This document shows positions 9,693 to 18,418 of a stretch of 64,000 bases of DNA, in pieces. A model generated the notes under the pieces. That model did no database searches, had not been told where the DNA came from, and worked only from the letters and a program-made list of their open reading frames with translations. Each line of letters begins with the position of its first letter. Position 1 is the first letter of the stretch. This stretch comes from an uncultured Candidatus Saccharibacteria bacterium. GTDB lineage: Bacteria; Patescibacteriota; Minisyncoccia; Phycocordibacterales; Zambryskibacteraceae. The stretch lies in contig CAZXQA010000001.1 in the NCBI GenBank assembly GCA_964642835.1, positions 68,219 to 132,218 of the forward strand, read 5' to 3'. Both the position numbers and the translations under genes were made by a program.

Positions 9693-10982
9693 ATGAGTAA
9701 GTTCCAGTTCGTTCTCCTGGCCGTTTTTGGCTTTTTCATTATTGCGGCAGTGCTCGTCTTCTCTATTTATAGAGGCTCTTCCTCTTCCCAGACGGCGATT
9801 ACCATGTGGGGCGTTCTCCCTTCGGCACAGATGAATAGTCTCTTGAGTAACGCGCCGGTCTTTACGCAAGATAAGACCCTCATCATCCGCTATGTCGAGA
9901 AGAAGGCTTCGACTATTGAAGACGACTTCACCGAGGCGCTCGCCCAAGGAAACGGCCCTGATGTCGTCATCCTCTCGCAGGACGCTTTGTGGCAAGCTCG
10001 TCAGAAACTTATTCAGATCCCGTACAGCAATATTTCCGAAGCTGACTTCAAGGAGACGTTCGCCGAAGGAAGCGAAGTCTTCCTCGCTCCCGAGGGGATC
10101 TACGCTCTGCCGGTGCTCGTCGACCCTATGGTGCTCTATTATAACCGCGATCTCCTTTCCTCCGCTGGCGTAGCGAAGCCGCTTGGTTACTGGGACGAGA
10201 TCTACGCCGCGACGACCAATCTCACTCGTCGAGACGGGGCGGGGAACATTGTGCAGTCGACAATTTCCTTGGGCGAGACCAAGAACATCGCGAATGCCAA
10301 GGATATTCTGGCCCTCCTCCTTCTCCAGGCGGGGACACCTATTACTGAGCTGGTGGGTACGTCTCTTCGCTCGGCGATCACTCAATCGACGGCAGGTGCT
10401 CCTGTGTTGCCGGCGGTTTCCGCGCTCGATTTCTATACTCAATTCGCCAATCCTTCCAAATCTTTCTATAGCTGGAATCGTTCTCTCCCTGATGCTCAGT
10501 CCGCCTTCGCGGCCGGTGAGAGCGCGTATTACTTGGGCTTTGCAAGTGAACTTCCGATTATCCGCGGCAAGTCGCCGACGCTCAACTTTGGTATTGCTTC
10601 CGTTCCCCAATCACGCATCGTGGGGAAGAATGTAACGTACGGCGCTTTCTACGCGGCGACTATTTCTCGCGGGACGAAGAACACGACTGCCGCTCTCTCC
10701 GCCGTCGTGAAGCTCGCTTCCAAGGATGTGGGTGAAGTGCTCTCGGCTGAGCTCGCCCTTCCGCCCGTCCGTCGCGACCTTCTCTCTTTGAAGCAAAGTG
10801 ACGCGACGGGGCCCGTCTTCTACACAGCCGCGCTCCAGGCTCAGGCGTGGGTGGACCCGGATGCGCGGGGGACGGAGGCAAGCTTCCTTAACGCCATTAA
10901 CGCCGTGGTAAGCGGACGCTCGCGCGCGAGCGAGGCGGTGAATACGCTTAATAGCGAGATCGAAGACCTTATCAAAAACTAA
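9693..10982 (+). CDS. membrane-anchored extracellular solute-binding-like protein
   Basis: N-terminal TM/signal anchor then a ~400-aa domain with periplasmic-binding-protein-like composition. AAGGAG RBS. It lies directly upstream of the pilin-like array. Confidence 0.55.
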   Translation: MSKFQFVLLAVFGFFIIAAVLVFSIYRGSSSSQTAITMWGVLPSAQMNSLLSNAPVFTQDKTLIIRYVEKKASTIEDDFTEALAQGNGPDVVILSQDALWQARQKLIQIPYSNISEADFKETFAEGSEVFLAPEGIYALPVLVDPMVLYYNRDLLSSAGVAKPLGYWDEIYAATTNLTRRDGAGNIVQSTISLGETKNIANAKDILALLLLQAGTPITELVGTSLRSAITQSTAGAPVLPAVSALDFYTQFANPSKSFYSWNRSLPDAQSAFAAGESAYYLGFASELPIIRGKSPTLNFGIASVPQSRIVGKNVTYGAFYAATISRGTKNTTAALSAVVKLASKDVGEVLSAELALPPVRRDLLSLKQSDATGPVFYTAALQAQAWVDPDARGTEASFLNAINAVVSGRSRASEAVNTLNSEIEDLIKN

Positions 10983-10984
10983 TT

Positions 10985-11332
10985 ATGGCAATCCCCGGCT
11001 GGCAACCTCTGACGAATATCTGTGACCCTCTTCTTGGAGTGGGAGTAGTGGGGAAGCTCCCGCGCTGCGACTTCGCCGCTCTTGTGCAGCTTATTAAGAA
11101 TGGCATTTCCGACCTCCTTCTCTTCTCGACACTTCTCCTTGTGGTACTTCTTCTATACGCGGGCTTCGGTCTCGTGACCTCGCAAGGCAATCAGGCTGCC
11201 ATGACAAAGGCCAAGGGCATGCTCTGGAATGTCATTGCGGGCTATGCGATCATTATCTTAGCGTGGACCGTTGTCTACTCGGTCACGAGCGTGTTGCTGA
11301 GTGATAAATTTAACTTCTTCTTAAAAGGCTAG
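10985..11332 (+). CDS. T4SS-pilin-like (TrbC/VirB2-like) small membrane protein, paralogue 1
   Basis: Two TM helices separated by YAGFGLVTSQGNQAAMTKAKG. Matches the CPR pilin-like family pattern (YAGF..VT..G...K...G). Confidence 0.5.
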   Translation: MAIPGWQPLTNICDPLLGVGVVGKLPRCDFAALVQLIKNGISDLLLFSTLLLVVLLLYAGFGLVTSQGNQAAMTKAKGMLWNVIAGYAIIILAWTVVYSVTSVLLSDKFNFFLKG

Positions 11333-11356
11333 CAGTCCCACTGCCACGATGCTTCA

Positions 11357-11776
11357 ATGAAAAAAACTTTCGCCGCCCTTCTTATCACACTCCCTGCCTT
11401 AGCTCTCTTTGCGCTGCCGGTGTTTGCGCAAAATCCTCCAGGTGGAGGTGGTACTACTCCTCCCGGAGGAGGTGGCACTACCGCGCAACCGATTAGCGTG
11501 AAGGTGACCCTTGAGAACCCTTTTAAGGTAGGCAACAACTTGGTGGATGTGCTTGAAGCGCTCGTGAAGAATGTTCTCATGCCAATCGCCGGCGTTGTCT
11601 GCGTCCTCGCCTTTATCTACGCGGGCTTCACCTATGTGACGGCTGCTGGTGATCCGGGGAAGATTAAGACAGCCCACCGCGCTCTCGGCTACGCAGCTGT
11701 CGGTACCGCCATTCTCCTGGGAGCCTGGGCAATTTCCGAAGCGATCCAAGGCACACTTAACAGTATTATAAAGTAA
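11357..11776 (+). CDS. T4SS-pilin-like small membrane protein with signal peptide, paralogue 2
   Basis: Signal peptide (MKKTFAALLITLPALALFALPVFA), a PPGGGGTT repeat, then VVCVLAFIYAGFTYVTAAGDPGKIKTAHRALGYAAVGTAILLGAWAI. Confidence 0.55.
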   Translation: MKKTFAALLITLPALALFALPVFAQNPPGGGGTTPPGGGGTTAQPISVKVTLENPFKVGNNLVDVLEALVKNVLMPIAGVVCVLAFIYAGFTYVTAAGDPGKIKTAHRALGYAAVGTAILLGAWAISEAIQGTLNSIIK

Positions 11777-11778
11777 AT

Positions 11779-12063
11779 ATGACTGCCGCCTTCCATAGCT
11801 TCAAGGAGTTTGTCGATCTCATCTTGGGCTACATCGAGCTCATCACACCTATTGTTGCTTCGCTTGCTCTCCTTGCTTTCTTTTGGGGATTGGCGAAGTT
11901 TATCTTCTCGGCGAGCGAGAAGACAGTAGAAGACGGAAAGAACTTTATGATCTGGGGCGTCGTGGCGCTCTTTGTCATGGTATCCATTTTTGGCATTCTT
12001 CGGTACATGAACGGGGAATTGGGGCTGGGGACATTCGGGGTTCCCTTATTGCCGACGAACTAG
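11779..12063 (+). CDS. pilin-like small membrane protein, paralogue 3 (FFWGL subfamily)
   Basis: LALLAFFWGLAKFIFSASEKTVEDGKNFMIWGVVALFVMVSIFGILRY, a motif shared with paralogues 4-6. Confidence 0.5.
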   Translation: MTAAFHSFKEFVDLILGYIELITPIVASLALLAFFWGLAKFIFSASEKTVEDGKNFMIWGVVALFVMVSIFGILRYMNGELGLGTFGVPLLPTN

Positions 12064-12075
12064 CATAATAAAGAT

Positions 12076-12447
12076 ATGAAAAAATTGACATATACCGCCT
12101 TCCTGTCCGCCTTGCTTACAATGCCCGTGCTTGCTTTTGCTGCTACTTCTCAACTTACGAGAACGGGCGGGCTCATTAGAAGAGTAGGAGATCTCATCGA
12201 TATCTCCATCGGTATTGTGGCCGCCATGGCGCTTCTTGCCTTCTTCTGGGGTCTCACGCAGTACATCTACAAGAAAGCGAGTGATCCTAAAGCCGCCGGC
12301 GAAGGTAAGACGCTTATGATTTGGGGAACTATCGCTCTCTTCGTCATGGTCTCGGTCTGGGGTCTGGTCCGCTTCCTCCAAGTTGAATTCGACATCAATG
12401 ATACGAGCAACGTCTCTATCCCGGGATATACGAATTCCATCAGGTAA
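12076..12447 (+). CDS. pilin-like small membrane protein with signal peptide, paralogue 4
   Basis: Signal peptide then MALLAFFWGLTQYIYKKASDPKAAGEGKTLMIWGTIALFVMVSVWGLVRF. Confidence 0.5.
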   Translation: MKKLTYTAFLSALLTMPVLAFAATSQLTRTGGLIRRVGDLIDISIGIVAAMALLAFFWGLTQYIYKKASDPKAAGEGKTLMIWGTIALFVMVSVWGLVRFLQVEFDINDTSNVSIPGYTNSIR

Positions 12448-12543
12448 AGAGGGGATAACGGGCGTTGTCTTTCCTCCACGCTCCCGTATCATTAAGGCAT
12501 ACCGTGCAGGTATATTTAGAGGCTTAAACGTAACAATTAAAGA

Positions 12544-12885
12544 ATGAAAAAGTTTATTATCGCCGCGTTGGCAGTCGCTCCGACGATCGCTTCCGCTCAG
12601 CAGCTCGGTAACCTTCAGACGCTTCTCCAGTCAATCGGCCGCCTCATCGACCTCGCCTTGCCGATTGTCGTGGCGCTCGCTCTCCTCGCTTTCTTCTGGG
12701 GTCTCGCGAAGTTTATCTTTGCCGGCGCAGAGTCTGCAGAAGAAGCCAAGAACCTCATGATCTGGGCTGTCGTCGCTCTCTTCGTCATGGTCTCGGTCTG
12801 GGGTCTGGTCCGCTTTATCGGCAACGCCTTCGGCATCCAGCAGGGGGGTAGTGTTGATCTCCCAAGCGTTCAACTTAAGAGCTAA
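12544..12885 (+). CDS. pilin-like small membrane protein with signal peptide, paralogue 5
   Basis: Signal peptide (MKKFIIAALAVAPTIASA) then LALLAFFWGLAKFIFAGAESAEEAKNLMIWAVVALFVMVSVWGLVRF. Shares a 43-nt identical DNA tract with paralogue 4. Confidence 0.5.
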   Translation: MKKFIIAALAVAPTIASAQQLGNLQTLLQSIGRLIDLALPIVVALALLAFFWGLAKFIFAGAESAEEAKNLMIWAVVALFVMVSVWGLVRFIGNAFGIQQGGSVDLPSVQLKS

Positions 12886-12893
12886 TACGTAGC

Positions 12894-13163
12894 ATGACGT
12901 TCACAAGGCTTTTGAACAATATCAACGAGTTCATCCTGAACCCGATTATTGTTCTAGCCTTTGCGATCGCGCTTCTCTACTTCTTCTGGGGAGTGTACCA
13001 GTTCATCAGTACGGAAGCCGCGGGTAAGGACCGCGCGAAGGGTCAGCAAAAGATTCTCTACGGCATTCTCGGCATGTTCATCATGTTCGCGGCCAAGGGA
13101 CTCATCGGCTTGGTTCTCAATACCTTCGGTATTACTCCGAGTTCCTCCTACATCCAGTTCTAA
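12894..13163 (+). CDS. pilin-like small membrane protein, paralogue 6 (divergent)
   Basis: ALLYFFWGVYQFISTEAAGKDRAKGQQKILYGILGMFIMFAAKGL: same architecture, more diverged. Confidence 0.45.
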   Translation: MTFTRLLNNINEFILNPIIVLAFAIALLYFFWGVYQFISTEAAGKDRAKGQQKILYGILGMFIMFAAKGLIGLVLNTFGITPSSSYIQF

Positions 13164-13238
13164 CAACTCTTCCCACGCAGAAGAAAAGGCGCTCCGCGAA
13201 AGCGGGGCGCCTTTTGTGTGTGACCACTCGCATGGTAC

Positions 13239-14018
13239 TTAACCCGGAGGTCGGACGGTGACGGTAATATTTTCCGGACGATCCGTCATGGCCTTGAAGG
13301 CGATAGTCCGGATTTTACCTTCTTTCTCCAGGACATCGTCCGATTTCTTTGGAGTGAAGCTGTATTCACTCACCCCATTTACCATGACTTGGAACTGGGA
13401 GTCGTTCTCTCCGTACCAGTCCACCCGCCACCCTCCGAGAGGGAGGCAGTACGTTTCCGTGTAGCCACTCTTCGTGGCAATTACGGGGAACACACCTTGG
13501 CGGTCGGGTACGACCGTGCAGGGTGCGAGGGCTCTGAGGATAACCGTTGGATGAAGCCAGCGGTATCCGTAGTACCCCACGAACCCGACAATCGCGATGA
13601 CCGCGGCCCATTTCAGCGTCTTCTTCACGGGGCTGAGTGTGGGGCGCCATCCCGTTTTTGAGATGACGAGTGCGATCAGCGTGAGTGCCATCACGCTTCC
13701 GATTCCAATCCAGATCCACTTCTGTTCGAAGGGGAGAGACGGGAAGCTGAAGTGGAAGTTCTGCCATGCCGTGTTGATGCGGTAGGCAACGTACGCGACG
13801 AGCAGTACGAGCGCAAGAAGTTGGAATCCCGCCTTCTTGCTGCTGTAGTAGCGTGAGCGTTTGAATGTGCGCCACGCAACCCTGGCTCTTACTCCAGCAC
13901 GCCGTCTTATGTAAGCGAGACGGGGCTTGGCAAGTCGCCGCAGTATCTTCGCTTCGTTGCGAATAAACCCGGGCAACCTTTTTACAACTGTAACAACTCG
14001 TCTCCAAAACTCCATCAT
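13239..14018 (-). CDS. hypothetical polytopic membrane protein with a C-terminal extracytoplasmic domain
   Basis: Start at MMEFW with GGAGGTG upstream. Several TM helices then a ~100-aa beta-rich tail. It lies immediately downstream of the SPFH gene and may be its partner. Confidence 0.45.
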   Translation of the reverse strand: MMEFWRRVVTVVKRLPGFIRNEAKILRRLAKPRLAYIRRRAGVRARVAWRTFKRSRYYSSKKAGFQLLALVLLVAYVAYRINTAWQNFHFSFPSLPFEQKWIWIGIGSVMALTLIALVISKTGWRPTLSPVKKTLKWAAVIAIVGFVGYYGYRWLHPTVILRALAPCTVVPDRQGVFPVIATKSGYTETYCLPLGGWRVDWYGENDSQFQVMVNGVSEYSFTPKKSDDVLEKEGKIRTIAFKAMTDRPENITVTVRPPG

Positions 14019-14052
14019 GCACCTCCAATGTGCAATATATTTCCTATTGTCT

Positions 14053-14081
14053 ATATTAGCATATTTAATAGTATTTGTCAA
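14053..14081 (-). promoter_or_regulatory. near-consensus sigma70 promoter (minus strand): TTGACA-17-TAATAT
   Basis: Minus strand reads TTGACAaatactattaaatatgcTAATAT, about 35 nt upstream of the 14018 start. Confidence 0.45.
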
Positions 14082-14091
14082 GTATAGAAAA

Positions 14092-14116
14092 GCCGGACAC
14101 GTATGAGGTGTCCGGC
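14092..14116 (-). terminator. rho-independent terminator after the SPFH gene
   Basis: GCCGGACACgtatgagGTGTCCGGC hairpin, followed on the minus strand by a T-rich tract. Confidence 0.45.
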
Positions 14117-14133
14117 CGGTATTCCCACGCAGC

Positions 14134-15237
14134 TCATGCTGTCGTGGTGGTGTCTTTCTTCTCACTCAACGGAAGCGGAATGAACGAATTCGCTCCGGGA
14201 GCAAAGACGGTCACCTTTTCGTTGTGCCGATAGGCGTCTGCGAAACTGACGGCGACCGTACGGTCGTTCTCTGCCATCGGCTTCAAAACGCGTTCGAGGC
14301 GGTCCTTGTCTGCCTCGTTCTGCTTCATTGCCGCCTGGTAGACGCCTTCGGCTCTCGTGACTGTTGCATCACGATCGCCTTCGGCATCTCGACGCTTCGC
14401 CTCTGCGGCTGTTTCGGCTTCTTTGATCCGCTTCTCGCCCTCCTTTTTTGCCTTGGTGGGTCCCTCATAGAGGGCGAGATCTGTAGCCGGCATACTCGTC
14501 GAGATGAGAGTGACGCTGCAGATGGTTTTGCCGATCTGGTCGCGCGCTTCATCTTCTGACTTTTCTGCTGCCGTTTCCAGCATCTCCGTGCTTTCCTCAC
14601 TCGGCTTCATGAAGAAGTCGGGTGCTTTGGAGCCGGTGACGGTATTGACGTACTTCTTCACCATGCTAGACAGGACGGTGTTGGCGTCAGCGACCTTGAG
14701 GATCGATCGCACCGGAAAGGTGCATTCCTCAATGATGTTGAAGATAAAGTCGAGTGCAAAGATGTCTGCTGACTCGGCCTCACGAACTGGTATGGCCTGC
14801 TCTCCCGAGAAGGGGACGTACTTGGTGGTGAGGTCATCCGACTTCACGATGAAGTCACCGATGCGGTCCGCTTCGTTGCCTGTCGCCTTCATGTATCGGA
14901 AGCGGCGGATCTTGTTTACGCGCAGCTTACCGAAAAAACCGATCCAGTGAACGCCGAGGAGGATGTAGAGAATTCCTCGTGATTCACGGCCTTTGACGAA
15001 GTACCAGTCCATGACGCTGTTGCCCTTTTTCACAAGGCGTTCGCCAGGGACCGCATGGATGACATTGGTAACATCACCACCACCGTCCTGCATATTTCCG
15101 CTCTCGTTAGCTTTACGAGTAACAAGCGCGAAGCAATTTGCGGGGACGAAGGCGAACCATTTCTCCCGTGATCCGAGAGCTCGAATGCCGACAGCTAAGC
15201 CAGCGAGGAGCATGAGAACAACGACGAGTCCTAACAC
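14134..15237 (-). CDS. SPFH/band 7 (flotillin/stomatin-like) family membrane protein
   Basis: N-terminal TM helix, a core resembling the SPFH domain (FVPANCFALVTRK...IHAVPGERL...), and a long Glu/Ala/Lys-rich coiled-coil tail (KAKKEGEKRIKEAETAAEAKRRDAEGDRD) typical of flotillin-like proteins. Confidence 0.5.
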   Translation of the reverse strand: MLGLVVVLMLLAGLAVGIRALGSREKWFAFVPANCFALVTRKANESGNMQDGGGDVTNVIHAVPGERLVKKGNSVMDWYFVKGRESRGILYILLGVHWIGFFGKLRVNKIRRFRYMKATGNEADRIGDFIVKSDDLTTKYVPFSGEQAIPVREAESADIFALDFIFNIIEECTFPVRSILKVADANTVLSSMVKKYVNTVTGSKAPDFFMKPSEESTEMLETAAEKSEDEARDQIGKTICSVTLISTSMPATDLALYEGPTKAKKEGEKRIKEAETAAEAKRRDAEGDRDATVTRAEGVYQAAMKQNEADKDRLERVLKPMAENDRTVAVSFADAYRHNEKVTVFAPGANSFIPLPLSEKKDTTTTA

Positions 15238-15349
15238 TGAGCACCCCTTTCTAGGGCAGAATTGTGAACGTACTTCCTCTCTATATTATATCACACTTTA
15301 TGTCTAAAAGTCAAGGGCTGCGAGAGGCGAGGAGAGAAAGGTATACTAT

Positions 15350-15760
15350 ATGTCTTACAAGATAGATTCACGTACAGATATGATTTTCCTCATCGGTAGA
15401 GTGCTCTTCGGCGGTTACTTCCTTTATAATGCGTGGAATCATTTGGCAAACAGCGCCGCGTTGGCTGGATACGCGAAGTTCAAAGGCGTGCCCATGCCTC
15501 GCATGGCCGTGATTGGTTCCGGACTCCTTCTCCTCATTGGCGGCTACGCCATGCTGACGGGTATGCACACGATGCTCGGGGCTTGGGCGCTCGTACTTTT
15601 CTTGGTGCCCGTGACCTTCCAGATGCACGCCTTCTGGAACGAGACTCCGGAGAATCGTCAGACTCAGCAGATCATGTTCGGCAAGAACGTCGCACTCATT
15701 GGCGCGGCGCTCATGATGCTCGCGATCTCCACACCTTGGACCAATACGTTCGGCTTCTAG
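15350..15760 (+). CDS. DoxX family membrane protein
   Basis: Four-TM protein starting FLIGRVLFGGYFLYNAWNHL, the DoxX-like signature. Confidence 0.7.
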   Translation: MSYKIDSRTDMIFLIGRVLFGGYFLYNAWNHLANSAALAGYAKFKGVPMPRMAVIGSGLLLLIGGYAMLTGMHTMLGAWALVLFLVPVTFQMHAFWNETPENRQTQQIMFGKNVALIGAALMMLAISTPWTNTFGF

Positions 15761-15778
15761 CCGCGGTATACTGACTGG

Positions 15779-17146
15779 GTGGCGAACAACTCTCCTTGGA
15801 TTCATCAGCTAGACCCGTTGCGCGAGCGACGGGTTTTGGCTGCTGACATCCGCGCGGACGTAGCGGTGGTCGGAGCGGGTATTGCCGGCATCTCGACGGC
15901 GTTCTATTTGTTGAAACATACCGACAAGTCAGTAGCACTTCTGGAAGGCTACAAACTCGCGCATGGCGCGACGGGACACAACGCGGGACAGATGGTGACA
16001 TACTTCGAGCGCCCTTTTAAAGAAATTGTGGCCGAGTTTGGATTGGAAAAGGCGATCGAAGGCCAGCGTGATGTCGAGAGTGCTTGGAAGCTAGCAGAAG
16101 AAATGTACGCAGAAGCAGGCCTCGATATTCCGATGATGCGCTTTACGACCTACAGCGGCCTCTCGACCTTGGAGCAAGTCATCGCGTATCTCGAAGATGC
16201 AGAGTGTTATCGAGCGGGTGGTGCTTTCATCGCTCCTCTTGAGGTGTGGGAGGACGTCCCATTCCTCCATCAGATTCCGGAGAAATATCGGAAACTATTT
16301 ACCCTTATTCCGCGCGAAGAGATTTCCCTTAAACTCGAAACGCTTGATTCTCAATACGTGGCGATTTTTGCCGAAGCGCGCGGGGTAATGAACTCAGCGC
16401 TCTTCTGTCAGGAAGTGGTGCGATATCTTTTGAAGACATATTCGGAGCGTCTTTCTCTCTATGAGCACACACCGGTTGGTAAGGTTATCGTCCACGCCGA
16501 CGGCGTGCTTCTCGATGCGGGTACTCATACTGTTGGAGCAGAACGCGTCGTTCTGTGCACGAACGGCTTTGACCATTTTGATATTCTCACTCCGACCGGG
16601 CTCTCCGTTAATACTCGTTTTCATCATTCTCTCCATGGCGTCATTGGCTTCATGACGGCATATCTTGAGCCGCACACGGGAGTGCCGGCGGCCATCCATT
16701 ACTACCCAGCTACAAAGGAAGGACTCACGGAGACGCCGGGCGAGCCTTACTTCTATGTCACTCGCCGTCCGTATGAATATGAAAAGGGGATGAGCCGTGA
16801 CCTCGTGTGCATCGGCGGACCGGATGTTCACCTGGAGGACCGAGCGAACTATGACCGAGAAAGGGAAATTTCCACCAAGGCTCGCTCGCAGATCGCGGCC
16901 TTCGTCTCGCATACGTATGACAAGAAGGCCGAGCTCGAATACGCCTTTACGTGGCACGGCGTCATGGGATATACCAAGAACATGTTGCGCATGATTGGAC
17001 CGGATCCGACATTTGATCGCTTGTATTACAACTTAGGTTGCAACGGTGTGGGCCTTTTGCCATCGATTTTTGGCGGAGCCAAAGTAGCGCGCCAGATTGG
17101 CGGAGAGATCTTCCCGCCTTCTATTTTCGATATTCCTCTTACGTAA
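15779..17146 (+). CDS. FAD-dependent oxidoreductase (DAO family)
   Basis: GTG start. DVAVVGAGIAGISTAFYL dinucleotide-binding motif (GxGxxG), with a C-terminal ...LGCNGVGLL typical of DAO-family enzymes. Confidence 0.75.
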   Translation: MANNSPWIHQLDPLRERRVLAADIRADVAVVGAGIAGISTAFYLLKHTDKSVALLEGYKLAHGATGHNAGQMVTYFERPFKEIVAEFGLEKAIEGQRDVESAWKLAEEMYAEAGLDIPMMRFTTYSGLSTLEQVIAYLEDAECYRAGGAFIAPLEVWEDVPFLHQIPEKYRKLFTLIPREEISLKLETLDSQYVAIFAEARGVMNSALFCQEVVRYLLKTYSERLSLYEHTPVGKVIVHADGVLLDAGTHTVGAERVVLCTNGFDHFDILTPTGLSVNTRFHHSLHGVIGFMTAYLEPHTGVPAAIHYYPATKEGLTETPGEPYFYVTRRPYEYEKGMSRDLVCIGGPDVHLEDRANYDREREISTKARSQIAAFVSHTYDKKAELEYAFTWHGVMGYTKNMLRMIGPDPTFDRLYYNLGCNGVGLLPSIFGGAKVARQIGGEIFPPSIFDIPLT

Positions 17147-17876
17147 CCTTCGGTTCGGTATCCTTCCGCATTTTGCCGAACGGGATATTGTCGTGCACGG
17201 GAGTTTTCCGGATTATTTCCATAATTTCGTCGTGGTTGTCGGTGATGGTGAAGAGGTCGAGGTGGGCGGGGAGAATGGCGTCGTGCGCGAGCTTCTCGTG
17301 CTTGAGCATTTCCAATTTCATAAACTCTTTCAACTTGAGCCAGTACTCGCTACCGACACAGATGAGAGGTACACCGCTAATCTTCTTCGTCTGGATGAGG
17401 GTGATGAGTTCAAAGAATTCGTCGAGCGTGCCGAAGCCGCCGGGATAGAAGATAAAGGCTTCCGCTGCGAAGGCGAGACAGACTTTGCGGGCGAAGAAGT
17501 AGTAGAAGCTCGTACTCTTTTTGAGATAGGGGTTCGTGGGCTGGGTGTCGGGGAGGTCGATCAAGAGCCCGAGCGAGTCGCCACCCACTTCGAAGGCACC
17601 GCGATCCGCCGCTTCCATGATACCGGGCCCGCCGCCCGAGATAACCGAATAGCCGAGTTCGGTGACGAGGCGAGCGGAGAGTTTGCGAGCGTCTTCGTAG
17701 TAGAAGTCGCCTTCGCGGGCTTCGGTTGAGCCGAAGAAGGTGATCGACTTAGGGTAGTCACGGAGGAAGGCGAAGCCTTCGGTGAATTCGCGGGAGATTT
17801 CGGCGACGCGTTCGGCCGCTACTTTCTCCATGGCGGCGCGGGTGAGAAGAGCAGCTTTCTTTAACTCTTGTTCCAT
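17139..17876 (-). CDS. LOG family protein (TIGR00730; cytokinin riboside 5'-monophosphate phosphoribohydrolase-like)
   Basis: ITFFGSTEA...VISGGGPGIMEAADRGA...PGGFGTLDEFFE are LOG/lysine-decarboxylase-like family motifs. Confidence 0.8.
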   Translation of the reverse strand: MEQELKKAALLTRAAMEKVAAERVAEISREFTEGFAFLRDYPKSITFFGSTEAREGDFYYEDARKLSARLVTELGYSVISGGGPGIMEAADRGAFEVGGDSLGLLIDLPDTQPTNPYLKKSTSFYYFFARKVCLAFAAEAFIFYPGGFGTLDEFFELITLIQTKKISGVPLICVGSEYWLKLKEFMKLEMLKHEKLAHDAILPAHLDLFTITDNHDEIMEIIRKTPVHDNIPFGKMRKDTEPKVT

Positions 17877-17930
17877 GAGCGTTATTTTAGCACATGGTAT
17901 AATGAACTCATTAGGAGATAACGCATACGA

Positions 17931-18410
17931 ATGAAGAAATTGAACACAGGTGAATGGGTAGCGGTCGGGGTAGGTCTTGCTTTCCTGACGTACCTCTTCT
18001 TCTCGGGCCCATTGATCAACTTATTTAACTTTCCTATGACCGAATCTGAAACATCCGCCACGTTCACTGGTAACGCCGCTCCCTTTACTGTTAAAGACGT
18101 AACGGTAGGTACCGGTAATGTCGCGGCTGCTGGCGATAAGGTGACCGCTCACTACGTTGGTACTCTTTCCGACGGTCGCGTCTTCGATAGCTCGCGTGAT
18201 CGTGGCCTGCCGATCAGCTTTACGCTTGGAACTGGGCAGGTGATCCGTGGTTGGGACGAGGGTATCGCAGGCATGCGTGAAGGCGGCAAGCGCGTCCTCA
18301 CCATTTCTCCTGAATACGGGTACGGCTCTCACGCCTGGGGTACGATCCCGGCCAACTCGACGCTCATCTTTGAAGTGGAGCTCGTGAAGGTGGAGAAGTC
18401 TGCACAATAA
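17931..18410 (+). CDS. FKBP-type peptidyl-prolyl cis-trans isomerase, membrane-anchored
   Basis: [62 protein letters not shown] is the FKBP signature. AGGAGA RBS. Confidence 0.85.
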   Translation: MKKLNTGEWVAVGVGLAFLTYLFFSGPLINLFNFPMTESETSATFTGNAAPFTVKDVTVGTGNVAAAGDKVTAHYVGTLSDGRVFDSSRDRGLPISFTLGTGQVIRGWDEGIAGMREGGKRVLTISPEYGYGSHAWGTIPANSTLIFEVELVKVEKSAQ

Positions 18411-18418
18411 CGCCGCGC

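Noticed and set aside
10985-13163. Regularly spaced repeated sequence that might be a CRISPR array
   Set aside because: The repeats are whole paralogous protein-coding genes (each 270-420 bp with RBS, start, TM helices), not 25-40-bp direct repeats with unique spacers. No cas genes anywhere in the window.
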